From positions 1 through 28,770 of the IMG/VR virus record IMGVR_UViG_3300035135_001065: DNA of 28,770 nucleotides; one strand, given 5' to 3'. The notes under the pieces are model-generated. The model was not told the origin of the DNA. It saw nothing but the letters and a program-made list of their open reading frames with translations, and did no database searches. Below are positions 10,801 through 22,800 of this stretch, piece by piece. The number at the start of each line of letters is the position of its first letter. Position 1 is the stretch's first letter. The stretch comes from a virus. Taxonomy: Duplodnaviria > Caudoviricetes. The position numbers and the translations under genes were made by a program.

Positions 10801-13258
10801 TGATTTATCGGATGCTTCTTTAGCTGGAACACAATTCAATCTAAGTTCATTTGCTGATGGTTTTAACTCACCATCTCGTGTAGCGGCAGTATCAACGACT
10901 TTAGATATTGCTTCTAGAGTTATTACAGTTGCAAACACATCAGGAATTGCTGCTGGAATGCTTGTAACTAAAGACAGTGGAACTGGTGAATTGGATTCTG
11001 ATACCAGAGTAGAAAGTGTCGATAGTTCTACGCAGATTACATTAACACAACTCCCAACAATTGCTGGTGCTACCGTAGTAACATTTGCTGGTTCTCAATA
11101 TACAGATGGTGTAACAACGGGACAAGGATTCCTTGACTTAAAAGTTACTGCTAATACGCCATCACTATACTACTTTGATAATGGATTGTTTGAAGATGCT
11201 GGTGGTACAGATGGCAATGAAGCAGTAATCACTATTGATTCAAACAACCCTAAAGTATTTGGATCTGGATTGCAAATTAATGTTGTTACTATTCAAGAAT
11301 CTGATGTTATTACCAGTGATGTATTAACTGGAACTCAAACAGTAACCAAGATTGTTGCAACTACTGGTGAGATTGATTCAATCACTGGAACAGATATTAC
11401 TGTTAACACTGCTGAAGCTTCTGTTAGTGTTACAACACCACTTGTAACGAATGGCACTACAGGACCATTGACTTTAACAGGAACATCTGTTGTTTCTACA
11501 AATGACTTTACCGTTGGGTCTTTCTCTGTGGAACATGCCACGGGGGATGTTCTTACATCAGGAGAAGTTCAAACATTAGGAAGATTAAATGTTAACAACA
11601 AATTGTTTATTACAGACAATGTAATTTCAACTGATGCATCTTCCGATCTAGTGTTAACTGCTCCAACAGGCAGATTAACACAAGTTACTGGTTTCGCAGC
11701 ACTTACAATTCCTGCTGGTACTACAACAGAACGTCCAAGTTCTGCAACCAATGGATCTATTAGATTCAATACACAGACCAATCAATATGAAGGTTATAGC
11801 GCATCTACTGCTTCTTGGTCTTCTTTAGGTGGTGTACGAGATCTAGATGGAAATACGTATATTACGGCAGAAGAAACTATTGGTTCTAACGATAATACAT
11901 TGTGGTTCTACAATGATGCTGTAAATACTATGAAAGTAACTCCAACTTATTTGGAGTTTATGGATGTTAAGAAAATTAGATCTCTTAACACAACAGCGCC
12001 AGCATTTACAGAGTGGAATGCAAATACTCCCGTTTTAATCGGACAGTATATCAAATACAAAAACAATCTATATGAAGTAACAACCAGTGGTTCTGCAGGA
12101 GCTCCTGGTGGCGTTACCGCTTCTACTGGTAATGAACCAGTTCACACATCTGGTGCATTACAAAATGGTACAGCAGAACTTACTTGGTCTCAACTAGCAG
12201 TTGATGCAATCACGTTTGAAGATGTTACTGAAATTCGTGTTGGTCCACAGTCAGACCTTTCACTTTCTGTCAATAACGATCTACGTTTTGCTAATAATGT
12301 CATTTCTACAGACATTAGTGATTTAACAATTCGTCCAAACTCTGGTAAGAAGATTGTATGTGATGCACCAACTTCTCTAGTATTACCAGCAGGTGCAGAT
12401 GCTGATAGAGGAGTTGCAGTTCAAGGTTCTGTTAGATTTAGTCAAACTAGTTCTCAGTTTGAAGGATATGATGGAACTAACTGGGGATCTCTTGGAGGAG
12501 TTAAAGATGTAGATCAAAACACATATATTATACCAGAAAGTTCTCCTGGTGCTAACGAGAATACTTTATTCTTCTATAACGATAATGCTAAAACTTTAGA
12601 AGTAACAACAAATGCAATGGATTTTTATGGTATTGATACCATTAGATCTGTAACTTCTGATGAATTTGAGATCACAGCATCTCTGCTAACATTTGATGGT
12701 GCAACTTCTACCTTTGATAATACTGCAGTAGATAGAACGTTCTTACATACAACTAAGCAATATTTCGATCTTGGACTATCTGCTGGTATAACTGTTGATC
12801 CTGTACTTAGATTAGATAACCAAGGTGATGTGTTCCTCAACGTTGGATTTGGAACAGGTACTTTAGATCTAGTTAAAATTTTTGATGGAGATCTGAAAGA
12901 ATTTGAACTTGCTGATGTCAGAGTTTTATCTGAAAAAATCTCTCTTGTAAAAGGAACTACAAATAATGGCAATTCTGAATTATATCCAGTTGCTTCTAAC
13001 GTAGGATGTAAGACAACTGTTATCGCTCATAATACTGTGACTGGTGATAAAGAATTTATCGAGTTTGGTGTTTTAGATGATGGAACTGATATATTCCATA
13101 CAACATATGGAAATATTAGAACTGGTATTCAGTTAATCGTTCCTACGTTTGAGGTTACTGGAACTGGTGTCGCAAGACTAAATATTGTATTAGGTGCTGA
13201 TGTTAATACTGCTGATACCGTAAATATTGTAATTGTATCAAACGTTACTAAGAAATAA
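7850..13258 (+). CDS. Large virion structural / tail-fibre-like protein (1802 aa)
   Basis: N-terminus MSAINVARTDTFEQQRVKINQI is typical of cyanophage fibre attachment ends. Gly/Thr/Ser-rich with many (G)GxGY..GD.L repeats, four SxDSATQIT-type repeats and a duplicated P.G....R......GS.RF......EGY...W.SLGGV.D.D.NTYI module. Confidence 0.8.
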   Translation: MSAINVARTDTFEQQRVKINQISTALFNVTSGGSDLSTGNLKLGDGTLGAPSLAFVNENNLGIYRPQISTFGFAAGGKKITDIGLSSITSFQKIIVQQKKLLQSGLTIVTPGSNYDPGSYTDLAIVGGSGQFGTLDVEVTAWTGSVTNAGSGYIPGSFVSVPLLGGNGNGATANFEVDPIAGTIDDGGTAYKPGTYTAVPLTGGNGSGAEATFDIQGGAALSGSITQGGTGYVDGSYAFVQLFNEPTQTFVVTAIANPNAGNPGQPNFIYAIDGATQPTLTMVEGNTYRFDMSDTSLDPSNGVDAGANHRMTFQMADGSGPSTSEYEFFVKGQTGTTGAFQDLVIKPGATTGTNVIRYDCANHANMAPAGGNITVNTGVAGSYGVSAFADIDISGQAVTNITFVADGTGYKAGDVLQISNLDVGNAGSGFEYTTSGIVYTGVVTTVTITDSGSGYQTGDTLGVNDSDVGNGGTGSGFQYTISSEPGVIKNFTPAQKGTGYQVGDVLTLSQGITNISAYAPGQSGPYSTTLSTGSTSFTISDTSSLQVGMYAATSAGDTGSLDPVSTIQSIDSATQVTIDLAPLVSGAANIVFTTQNLFQVTVPDTSGMNIDDIVEKVSGTGVLAAGTTVANVDDATTITLSAQPNTAGPIVLSVLPPYGNPTGTANDLQYTINSLGAVDTITLNNAGNGYAENDILSISASDLTQPESIPVTAKYVQNVTFVQTIASGWVSAGDSIKEVDGVVTGVTATSTPDRTPTVTGPIASTLTSGSAVVTLASTTGISVGDIISENASGNIPVDPTVVSVDSATQITMSAAALQSATPDLTFTSDEAATYSDLATTGGNGSGCTVDVTRNSLGQVTQVAVNQGGVGYAAGETLTVSGTLTGGTSPTHDITVDVAGATSSTPGEVISVTESGGNITSLLVETDQGNPYASAQSIIKSGTTTPIYTVDTASSTSVRFYIDPDGNGAQLTPNLTLYVGSTYRFDLSDASLAGTQFNLSSFADGFNSPSRVAAVSTTLDIASRVITVANTSGIAAGMLVTKDSGTGELDSDTRVESVDSSTQITLTQLPTIAGATVVTFAGSQYTDGVTTGQGFLDLKVTANTPSLYYFDNGLFEDAGGTDGNEAVITIDSNNPKVFGSGLQINVVTIQESDVITSDVLTGTQTVTKIVATTGEIDSITGTDITVNTAEASVSVTTPLVTNGTTGPLTLTGTSVVSTNDFTVGSFSVEHATGDVLTSGEVQTLGRLNVNNKLFITDNVISTDASSDLVLTAPTGRLTQVTGFAALTIPAGTTTERPSSATNGSIRFNTQTNQYEGYSASTASWSSLGGVRDLDGNTYITAEETIGSNDNTLWFYNDAVNTMKVTPTYLEFMDVKKIRSLNTTAPAFTEWNANTPVLIGQYIKYKNNLYEVTTSGSAGAPGGVTASTGNEPVHTSGALQNGTAELTWSQLAVDAITFEDVTEIRVGPQSDLSLSVNNDLRFANNVISTDISDLTIRPNSGKKIVCDAPTSLVLPAGADADRGVAVQGSVRFSQTSSQFEGYDGTNWGSLGGVKDVDQNTYIIPESSPGANENTLFFYNDNAKTLEVTTNAMDFYGIDTIRSVTSDEFEITASLLTFDGATSTFDNTAVDRTFLHTTKQYFDLGLSAGITVDPVLRLDNQGDVFLNVGFGTGTLDLVKIFDGDLKEFELADVRVLSEKISLVKGTTNNGNSELYPVASNVGCKTTVIAHNTVTGDKEFIEFGVLDDGTDIFHTTYGNIRTGIQLIVPTFEVTGTGVARLNIVLGADVNTADTVNIVIVSNVTKK
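9428..11047 (+). repeat. Four degenerate ~45-50 aa protein repeats ending in (S/N)(I/V)D(S/D)(A/S)T(Q/T)(I/V)T
   Basis: Copies at about 9428-9585 (…TIQSIDSATQVT), 9647-9772 (…TVANVDDATTIT), 10136-10288 (…VVSVDSATQIT) and 10892-11047 (…RVESVDSSTQIT). Confidence 0.75.
11702..12583 (+). repeat. Internal duplication of a ~70-aa module in the 1802-aa protein
   Basis: 11702-11917 LTIPAGTTTERP..NGSIRFNTQTNQYEGY..WSSLGGVRDLDGNTYI..E..GSNDNTLWFYND versus 12377-12583 LVLPAGADADRG..QGSVRFSQTSSQFEGY..WGSLGGVKDVDQNTYI..E..GANENTLFFYND. Confidence 0.85.
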
Positions 13259-13260
13259 AA

Positions 13261-13761
13261 ATGGCAACCACAATCGAAAAGTTTGATTCTACTGGTGGAT
13301 TTTCTATTGATAAAACCACTGTTGTAGATGAATTACGAAATGCAAAAGATCTCAATACTATTGAGTTAAAGAATAGTAATTATACTGATAGTAGAACTAC
13401 CAATTACATTCTAAGAGGTCTCAATACATCAACACTAGATTTAGATGGTTTAGGAACACAAATTCCTATTTCCAATAATACTATTAATTTCATTACCGCT
13501 CACATTATTGCAGTTAATGCAGCGGGAACTGTCTATGCAACAAAATTTGAAACCTCGGTCTTCTGTAATTCTGCTGGAAATACTACAGTCCAGTCTACTT
13601 TCCAAACAGTAATTAAAGATGATATTCCATCAGGAGAGACTTGGTTTATTCAACCAGTTGGAGCATTGAATAGATTCAGTTATTCTACTACAAGAGCAGG
13701 AACAACGTCAACAATTAAGTGGATTGCTAAAACAGAAGTGGTGAGTATTGATTGGGCTTGA
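13261..13761 (+). CDS. Virion structural protein, beta-rich (166 aa)
   Basis: Starts 2 nt after the upstream stop. Thr/Ser/Asn-rich with alternating beta-strand patterns; lies between two fibre-like genes. Confidence 0.7.
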   Translation: MATTIEKFDSTGGFSIDKTTVVDELRNAKDLNTIELKNSNYTDSRTTNYILRGLNTSTLDLDGLGTQIPISNNTINFITAHIIAVNAAGTVYATKFETSVFCNSAGNTTVQSTFQTVIKDDIPSGETWFIQPVGALNRFSYSTTRAGTTSTIKWIAKTEVVSIDWA

Positions 13762-13762
13762 T

Positions 13763-13770
13763 GCTAAATA
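13763..13770 (+). promoter_or_regulatory. Putative late promoter variant (GCTAAATA)
   Basis: TAAATA core in the 44-nt intergenic gap immediately upstream of the 3032-aa gene; deviates from NATAAATA at position 2. Confidence 0.5.
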
Positions 13771-13805
13771 TACTATAGGAAAAAAGTCAAGAGCGCGGGA
13801 ACACC

Positions 13806-16800
13806 ATGAGTTTTCACATTAATTCCGATAAAGAAAAGATCAGAGGCGTTAGTCCTAGACTTATCGGTGATGATGAAGTAACTATCAGAACTGGTACTGG
13901 GTCTGGTGAGAAGGAAATTCTTCGTGCTCAACTAGATCCACAGACCGCATTACCTCGTGTAGGTATTAACAGAACTGGTAATAGAGTCAATAATATTGTT
14001 GTTGATACTGGTGGTTCTGGTTACACGGTTAACCCAACAGTAACAATTGGAGCTCCAAACGAACCAGGAGGCGTTCAAGCTCTCGCATCTGCATTTATTT
14101 TCAACGGAAAAGTTGTAACTATTGCTGTTAACGAGCAGGGTAGTGGATATACAACTGCTCCTGCCGTAAGTATTACTGAAGGTGGTGGCGCTGGTGCTAC
14201 TGCTACTGCCGTTCTTGACACAGTTGACTTTGAACTTGATATTAACGGTGCTATTAGAACGTCAACGTCTATCATTTCTGATACGGCGAGAATTCTAAAC
14301 CTAGATATCGATAACTTTGTTACGCCAAACATGGCGTTCAGAGGACCATCTTTGAAAACGTATGCCAACAACACTGGCACGCTATGGTCTTCTGGTGTCA
14401 TTCTCCAAAAAGATTCTTACAGATATTTTGGTGCTAATGTATATCAAGCATTAAATACAGGACAAACTGGCAGTTCGGCACCAGAACATACGGATGGCAT
14501 TCAATTAAACGGAGAAGTCCAATTTAAGCATATTGGTTTCCGTGTAGTAGACCAGAATGCATATAAATTTGGTGAAACTGGACCTGCTGGAGAATTTCCA
14601 AGATCTATTACACCTCTACTTGGCGATAGATCTGACAAGATTGCTACTACAGAATACGTCCTCAACCTAGCAACGAATGACGTTGGTGGTCGTATCTACG
14701 TTTCACAGACTATTGGTTCGGACTTGAACGATGGTCGTTCTGCTGTAAACCCAGTCCGTTCTATTAAGAAAGCAGCACAACTTGCATGGGCGACTCCTGG
14801 TGTCAAGGAAACTATTATTGTTTCTGGTGGAGATTATGTAGAAGATAACCCAATCTCTCTACCACCAGACGCATCAGTTGTTGGTGACAACTTGCGTCTT
14901 GTAATCATCAGACCAGGAAATGCTGGTAAGCATATCTTTAAGTTTGGCGATAAAAACTATGTAACAGGTGTCACATATAGAGACCAAATTGATTCCAATG
15001 GCGACTCTGTTGAGACCTGGGATTTTGCTATGGTCTTTGACGACAAGCAAAGAATCTGTATTGATAATCAAGCAAATGGCGACTTTGGCACCAATTTCCC
15101 AATCGGTCATCAAATTTTTGGACCACAGCAGTTTAACGTTCTATTCCAGAACAATACGGGTCTCTCAACTCTACAAACAGGACTAACAGTAAAGGGTGTT
15201 AACACTGGTGCTAGAGCAAATATTATTGGTGTTAGATTTAACGAGACCACTGGAGCTAGTGCGTTTGTAACTGGTGATATTAACGTCCAGTTGATTGGAG
15301 GTTCCTTCGTTGAGGGTGAAAGATTTGAATACATTACTTCTGCTTCTGCAGGTTCCGCACTCTCAGTAACTGCAACACAGCAAGAAGGAGATAATAAATT
15401 AAGAGTAACTACAGATCCAACTTCTATTATTCCTCCTGGTACTTTCGTTCAGGTTGTAGCAACACCTTCTAGTGGATCTGCTTTCACTGGATTTTATGAA
15501 GTAGAATCTATTGATAGCACTCTTTCTGCTAATAATATTTGGGTTGTTACTTTCTTCCCAATTCTAAATGCTCCAAATTGGTCTGGAAATGGTGTTGGTG
15601 GTACGTACACAATTAATGCTGCTACTCCAGTAAATGAGACAATTGATACCACGTCAATTAAGTCGATTCGTGCTGAAGGTGAGGTTGTTTCTGTTGACGA
15701 AGATTATACAACTACACTCCCAATCGTAAGACTTGATTTCTCCTTACAAGGAGATCCTAGTATTGCAACTGGTGGATTCCAAGACGAACAATTTGGTAAT
15801 GCAGAAGACCTTGGTGGTATTGTATTTTACACCAATGCACTAGTCGGTAGAACTAACACACACGAATTTAAAGAAGGTCAAGAAATTTTAATTGAAGGTC
15901 TGCCAACAGGTGGTCCTGATTTATCTGTTCTTAACGGCAAGCAAAGAATTTACAAAGTTCTAGAAGATGCTGATGGTCGTGCAAGAAGATTTGTTATTCC
16001 TAAAAAATTACCATCAATTACAGATGCTAACTTTGATCCAGGTCAGTTTGCAACGGTAAAGAGTTCTTCTAAAATAGTCACTTTATCTCTACTCAACTCT
16101 CCAAATTCATTCCCTCTTGCTACTCCTGTAGAAAGAAGATTCCAAGATGCATGTGTATTTTTAAGAAACAACATCGACTTCATTGCAGATGAAGTTGTTG
16201 GAATTATTAATTCTGAATTTAAGACAGATCATTATTCTGTATACAATATTAGTGGCAACTCATTTGATATTTACCTAGGACAAACTACAGCAACACACAC
16301 TTACATCTCTGGTGGTACTGTAACCTTTGGTGGAACATCTTACAACATTAGTGGATTTACTTACGATAATATTGTAACTGGTGTTGCTACAATTACAACA
16401 TCTACTCCAGTAGCAAGTTTACAAGAAGATAGTATTGTAAAAATTGCAGATATTTTATTAGAGTGTGATGCAGGACAAAAACTATATCCTGCTTACAGTT
16501 CTCCTGATAGTACGGGTAATGGTGGCGACGAGCAATGCCGTGAAGATACAAGACATTTCATCAATGCTCTAATTAGAGACCTCGAATTTGGATCTAACCA
16601 CAACATTATCGAAGCAGCGCAGAAGTATGTTGTCGGTGGTGATATTGCTTATATTCAGGATGAAATCCTCCAGTGTATTCGTGCAATTGAGTACGCTAGG
16701 GAATTAGCAATTTATGCTATGAGGAATTGGAGAATTGGTACTGGAACTCCTAATGATGAAATTTATGTTCCTCGCCACTCCAGTGTACCAAGATATTTTG

Positions 16801-19800
16801 ATAATACTGTAATTACAACTACAGCATTACTTAATGGTGATGGAACAGCAAACAATACTGGATTTGCTTGTAATGATGTAAGAGCTGCCATTGATACTCT
16901 TTCATTCCTCTGGGTTGATGTTATTTCAAAAAATCAAACTGGAACATACCTAGATGCTGCATATTTGATTGCTAGAAACAAAGACCTCATTGCAGATCAA
17001 GCACTTGCAGATACAGAAGCACAATATCCTTCATTAAATCTTTCTGATGTCAACCAAAGAAAGTGTCGTAGAGACATTAGATTAGTTCTCGACGGACTTA
17101 TCAAAGACTTGGTATTCGGTGGTAACAAAGGAATTGTAGAAGTTGCCGAACTATATTTTACAGGAACTCAGTTAACTGGTATTCCAGAAGCACAGCGCGA
17201 TGAAACCATTTATGCTTTCCAAAGAGTTAAGCAATACGCACAAGATGCGATGCGTAACTGGACTGATGGTTTAGTAGAATCTGCAACACCAGTTGGTGCC
17301 GTTTATAATTCTACTACAGGTGATTTAAATATTACAATACCAGCTCCAAGTGGTGGTACTGTACAAGTAGGAGACAGAATTGCATTCGCAGAAGATGCTA
17401 TCACTTTCTCTTGTGATACAGGTGGTGGTGCTGCTAACCATGCAAGTCCAAGCAGATTCGATTCCAACTACGGACAAAGCTATGAAATTACTTCTGTAGC
17501 TGGAACGTCAATGCTTGCCATTGGATTAAACGTTGGTGATGCAGGAACTGCTGCAGGAATTACTCATACGTTTGTTAGTGCAAAAGCAAATGGAACAATT
17601 GTTATTTTCAACCCAGTAACACTTTCATCCCCAATTCCTAAGTTTGAAGATTGGAATATTCTTCTCTATGGATCACAACCTCTTTGTTCTAATGTAGCAT
17701 CTTCCATCGTAACAGAGATGGAATTGTTTGAAGATATCTTAGATGGAACGCTTCTTCCTGGTGTTACTACCAAAACTAATGGAACTCTGTATGATACAGC
17801 AAATATCATCACATATCCAGATAGTTACATCTATGATGCCAATAATCAGCGTGTAGCAATTCGCGCAGATTATGATGACTATCCTATTATTGAGGCATCA
17901 CCATACACTCAAAACGCTTCTGTTATCTCCTTCCTAGGAGGCGGCGGTGCTCTAATTGATGGTTCTAAGGTCAAGCAACCTAACTGTCCTTTCCCTGGTC
18001 TAGAACTGGACGGAACAGCATCCTTCCCCAACCAGGGTAAGTCGATGGTTGCTGCTGCATTCACGATTGTTTCCTTCGGTGGTGTCGGATATAAAGTTAT
18101 CAACGATGGTTATACCCAGTTAGTTTCCGTCTTCGTTATCTTCTGTGAAGATGGCGTCCTTTGTGAGACTGGTGGTTATGCATCTATTACCAACTCTGCT
18201 ACTAACTTCGGACGTTTTGCTCTAAGAGGCACAGGATTTAGAAAAGATCCATATGAATTTGACATTGCAACTATTTCTAATGTTTCTTCAACTCCAACTG
18301 GTAGAACTATTCTAACAGTCAGTGGTCTTGGTAGAGAACCACTGGAGCATTATGTTGTAAAGATTGATGGTTATCAAAATACAAATACAAACATTGAATA
18401 CTTTGTTGATGTTGTAGCTGGCGTTACTGTTGGTCCTCCTTTCTCCGCTCAACTAACAATTGATGATGGTACTGGCGGTGGAATGAATCTTACCGATATT
18501 TCAACTGGAAACCCAGTATCTACAAGTGTTTTACAAGGTAAGACGATCAATCTACACAGACCATCTATTGTTAACTCTTCTTCTCACACTTGGGAATTTG
18601 CAGGTTCTGGTACTAACTATCTTGCACTACCTGAAAACGGTGGTACTAAGATCGAAGCGAACGAGCAAGTATCTGAGAACTACGGTCGTGTTTATGTCTC
18701 GGGTACTGACGAACTTGGTGACTTCAAGGTTGGTACATTCGCAAGAATTGAAAACAGAACTGGTGCTATTACCTTTACAGGTACGGTTACCATCTCTGAA
18801 GTTGAATTCTTGAAACTAAAAGGTGGTGACGTTGTTGTTACTGGTTTCGACGCATCCAACACACTTGGTGGTGCTAACGCAACTGACTCCAAACTACCTA
18901 CTCAGAAGGCAGTTAGAGATTATATCACCAACAACCTCGGACCATACATCAACAAACCATACTCTACGAACGCTGTTCCTAGAGCACTGGTTGAACTTAC
19001 TGATTCTGGTAAGATCTCTATCGATCAAATTCCAGCACTCAGACCTTTCCAAGTTTACACTGTTGCAGATCAAGCAGAAAGAACTTCTATTGAAGGAGCA
19101 CTTGCTGGTGACATCGCAATCCAACAGGATACATCTACATCGTTCATTCTAAACCAAGATAACGACAGTCTATTCCTTGCTTTCCAACCAGATCCTGCAC
19201 TAGCTTTTACTATTGGTGATATCTTTACTGGTAGTGTATCGACAGGTTCTATCCAAGCAACCGAATACAGAACGGGTGTTGTTTACCAAATCAATATCTC
19301 TGACGGTGGTTCTGGATATACAGTTCCTCCTACTGTATCATTCTCTGGTGGTAACCCAGGTGCTGGTGCTGTGGCAGCAGATGCTACATGTACTATCGCA
19401 AACGGACAAGTTGTAACTGTAACTATTGAAACGTTTGGTGGGGTTCAGGGTGGTAAAGGATACACCACTGCTCCCACTGTAACATTCTCTGCTCCTCCTG
19501 GTGCTGGCACACAAGCACAAGGTACTGCTTTGATTGAAAGCAGATTGTATGGAGATATTGTCAATAATATCAAGATTGTTGATACAGATACGTTTGATGA
19601 CAGTACAACACCTACTGCAAACACTATCAATATTAACAGAGTTGTCAATACTTCTTCGTTTGATGCTAATAATTGGGTATCTCTGTCTTCTAACCAGATT
19701 GCTGCATCTGATATCACATCTGGTGTTATTGAAACGGATAGACTTGCAGCAGGTGGTGCTGCTAACTCCTTTACCTTCTTAAGAGGCGATTCCAACTTTG

Positions 19801-22800
19801 CTCTCGCGGTCCAATCAGTAAAGGGTGCTGAAACTAGATACTTTGCCGCTCTTGCCGCTCAGTGTTCTACTGGATCATCACAGATGATCTTCACAACGAA
19901 CTCTGATGTTCTAATCGGACACGAAGTTAATTCTTCAATCAATGGAATCCCAGCAAATACAAACATCAATGGTGTTATTACTGCTGCTGGATTGACAACT
20001 GTCTCACTAAACAATCCAGTAACTCAAGATATCCCATTAGGAACTATCATTGAATTTGAACGTGGTGCTTCGCCAATTACATTTGAATCTACATATACTG
20101 CTGGTGGTTTTGTTGATGATGTTATTGTTGCTAATGGTGGTGGCGGATTTACTAACAATCAATATTTTGATGTTCCACTGACGGGTGGCACAGGAACTGG
20201 ACTCAAAGCAAACATTGTTGTTGCTGGTGGTGCAGTTACAGAACTAACCGTTACCGATGGTGGTACTGGATACAACGCAGACTTTAGCATTGTTAATGCT
20301 CCCGTTCAAATTGGAACAGGATCAAACTTAGTTTTAGAAGCAAAAGTTTCTACTGTCAATAGACAGTATGCAAACGTTTCTCTTGATGTTCAGAGAGTTT
20401 CTGATCTAACAATTTCTGCTGACCTCTACGGAACAATTGGTGTTGCTAGATATAAGAAGTCGCAGTTCAATATCGGTCAAGCAGGTAATGGTTCTATTGA
20501 ACTCAAGACTGGTGCAAATAGCGGACTTGACGCTGACCTACTAGACGGCGCACAAGGTTCTTTCTACACAGATGCAACTAACTTAACAGCAGGTACTCTA
20601 AATCCAGATAGACTTGCTGGAACATACAACATTAGTATTTCCAACCAGTCTGGTAGTACAATTAGATTGCTTACTGGTACTAACAACCCAGCATCTTCTC
20701 CAGATCCAAACAACTTCTCTCCTGGTGTTGTTTCAAACACTATCTTCAACAGTGCTAATGGACTGAGTGATGGTGGCACCAGAAATATGACCTTAACACT
20801 GAGAAGTGGTGGTACTGGTTTTGATACTGGATTTGGTGGTACAAGACAACTTGCATTCACAGATAATGATAACATGTATCTCCGTGGATCTGGAACGGGT
20901 CAATCATCTTGGGGTTCTTGGGCGAAGATTTGGTCTTCTCTCAATGATGGTGTTGATTCTGGATTGGATGCTGACAGACTTGACAACAGACAAGGAATTT
21001 GGTATCAAAATGCACTAAACATTAACTATGGTACTTTATCTACAGAAAGACTACCTAGATTTATTGAGTCTACAACAGTAAGAGATGCTTTAACAGTTAA
21101 ATCTTTCTCTGGATTCCCCAGATATAAAATCTACTTCTCTGGAAAGATTCTTGATACTTCAGCAACTGGCGATTTCCGTCCTGGTGGACCTGCAATTAAC
21201 TTGTATAATGCAAACGCACAGGGTGTTGGTAGTTTCCAAGTTGACAATGTTGTCACTAATGATGACCCAGCAGACAACTTTAACGACTACACAATTCTAA
21301 TTGGTAGTTTGACTTCTGGTAATTTTGTTGGAGCACTTACTGCAGGACAAGCTTCTAATAGAGTCGAATTTGAAGACTTCTCTATTGTTGATGGAAATAG
21401 TATTGATGTAGGTAAGTTAGAGAGCGACAGCGGCACAGCACTCCTAAAACTAGGTAGAATTGACGGTCAAGCATCCTCTCCTGCTATCTACTTCAGATCT
21501 TCTGTAGCAGTTCCTGGTTCTAACTCTGACGATCATAGGACCGCATCTATTACTGCTGCGGGTGGTAACGCAACTGCAAACTCAGGTACTCTTAATGCTG
21601 CTGTTGGTAATGCAGATTCATTTACTATCAACAACCAGAAGATTTGGAACGAAGGCAATGTAATCTTCAGAACTGCAAATGTAGCAGATTCTGCTGTTAT
21701 TCGTGATAGTTCTGGCAACTTCTCTGCTGGAACAATTACAGCAAATATCACAGGTGCTTCTTCACTGAACGTCCTGAAAGCGGGCGATTCCATGACAGGT
21801 TCGCTAATCATTACTGGTGCTGGATCTAATCTATCTGTCTCTGGTAATGCTACTGTTAGTGGAACTACAACATTAATCAATGACCTTGCAGTTGACACTG
21901 ACACATTATTCGTCGATGTATCTACTGATCGCGTTGGAATTGGTGCTGGCGTCAATCCAAGATCCACTCTGGATGTTGTAACTGCTTCTAATCAAAGCAT
22001 GATGGTTAGAAACCAGTATACAACATATACTGGTATCACACTCAACAACTCAACTGCAGCGGATGATTATAACATCCTTTCTAGTTCTGGAGATAAAAAC
22101 CTTTATTTAAATAGACCATCTGGAAACAATATGCGTTTCCGTGAAGCTAATTCAGATCAAGTATACTTGAATAGTGGTGGATACTTTGGTATTAACGGAG
22201 ATCCTGGAACATATAGATTGAGTGTTGGTGGAACATCGCGGTTTACTTCTGCGATGACATTTGAGAATACTTCTAATGGTTCTATCAATTTCAATAACAA
22301 CTCCGCTACCAGATATTGGAGAGTTGGTAGTAACACTCAATCCAACAACTTCTTCACATTTGAATCTTCTGATTCTGCAGGTAGCACCACATTTACAGGA
22401 TCTCCTGCTCTTGGAATTAGTGGTGTTAACAACGCTGTTACTATTAACACAACTTCTACATCTGGTGTCGATCCTAATGATGGATCTACAGTTAGAAATT
22501 ATAAGTTGAACGTTCAGGGTGACGTAAACATCAACGGTCAGTTGTTCCAAGACAACTCTGAGTTTGTTACTTCTAGATGGACTGAAGCATCTAATACTGC
22601 TGACATCTACAGATTGTCTAGAGTTGGTATCAACAAAGCAGATCCAACGTATCAGCTACACGTTCTTGGTTCTGTTAACATCGAAGGTCAGGACTTTGTT
22701 AACCAAGCAAATAACAGAGTTCTTTATGCAAATGGCATCAAACAGTGGTTAGATACTTATGGAACATTCAAGTCTAACAGAAACTTTGTTGATGAGAATA

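Noticed and set aside
11702-12583. Template/variable repeat pair of a diversity-generating retroelement
   Set aside because: Both copies are in-frame coding and diverged at all base types rather than only adenines, and no reverse transcriptase is present in the window.
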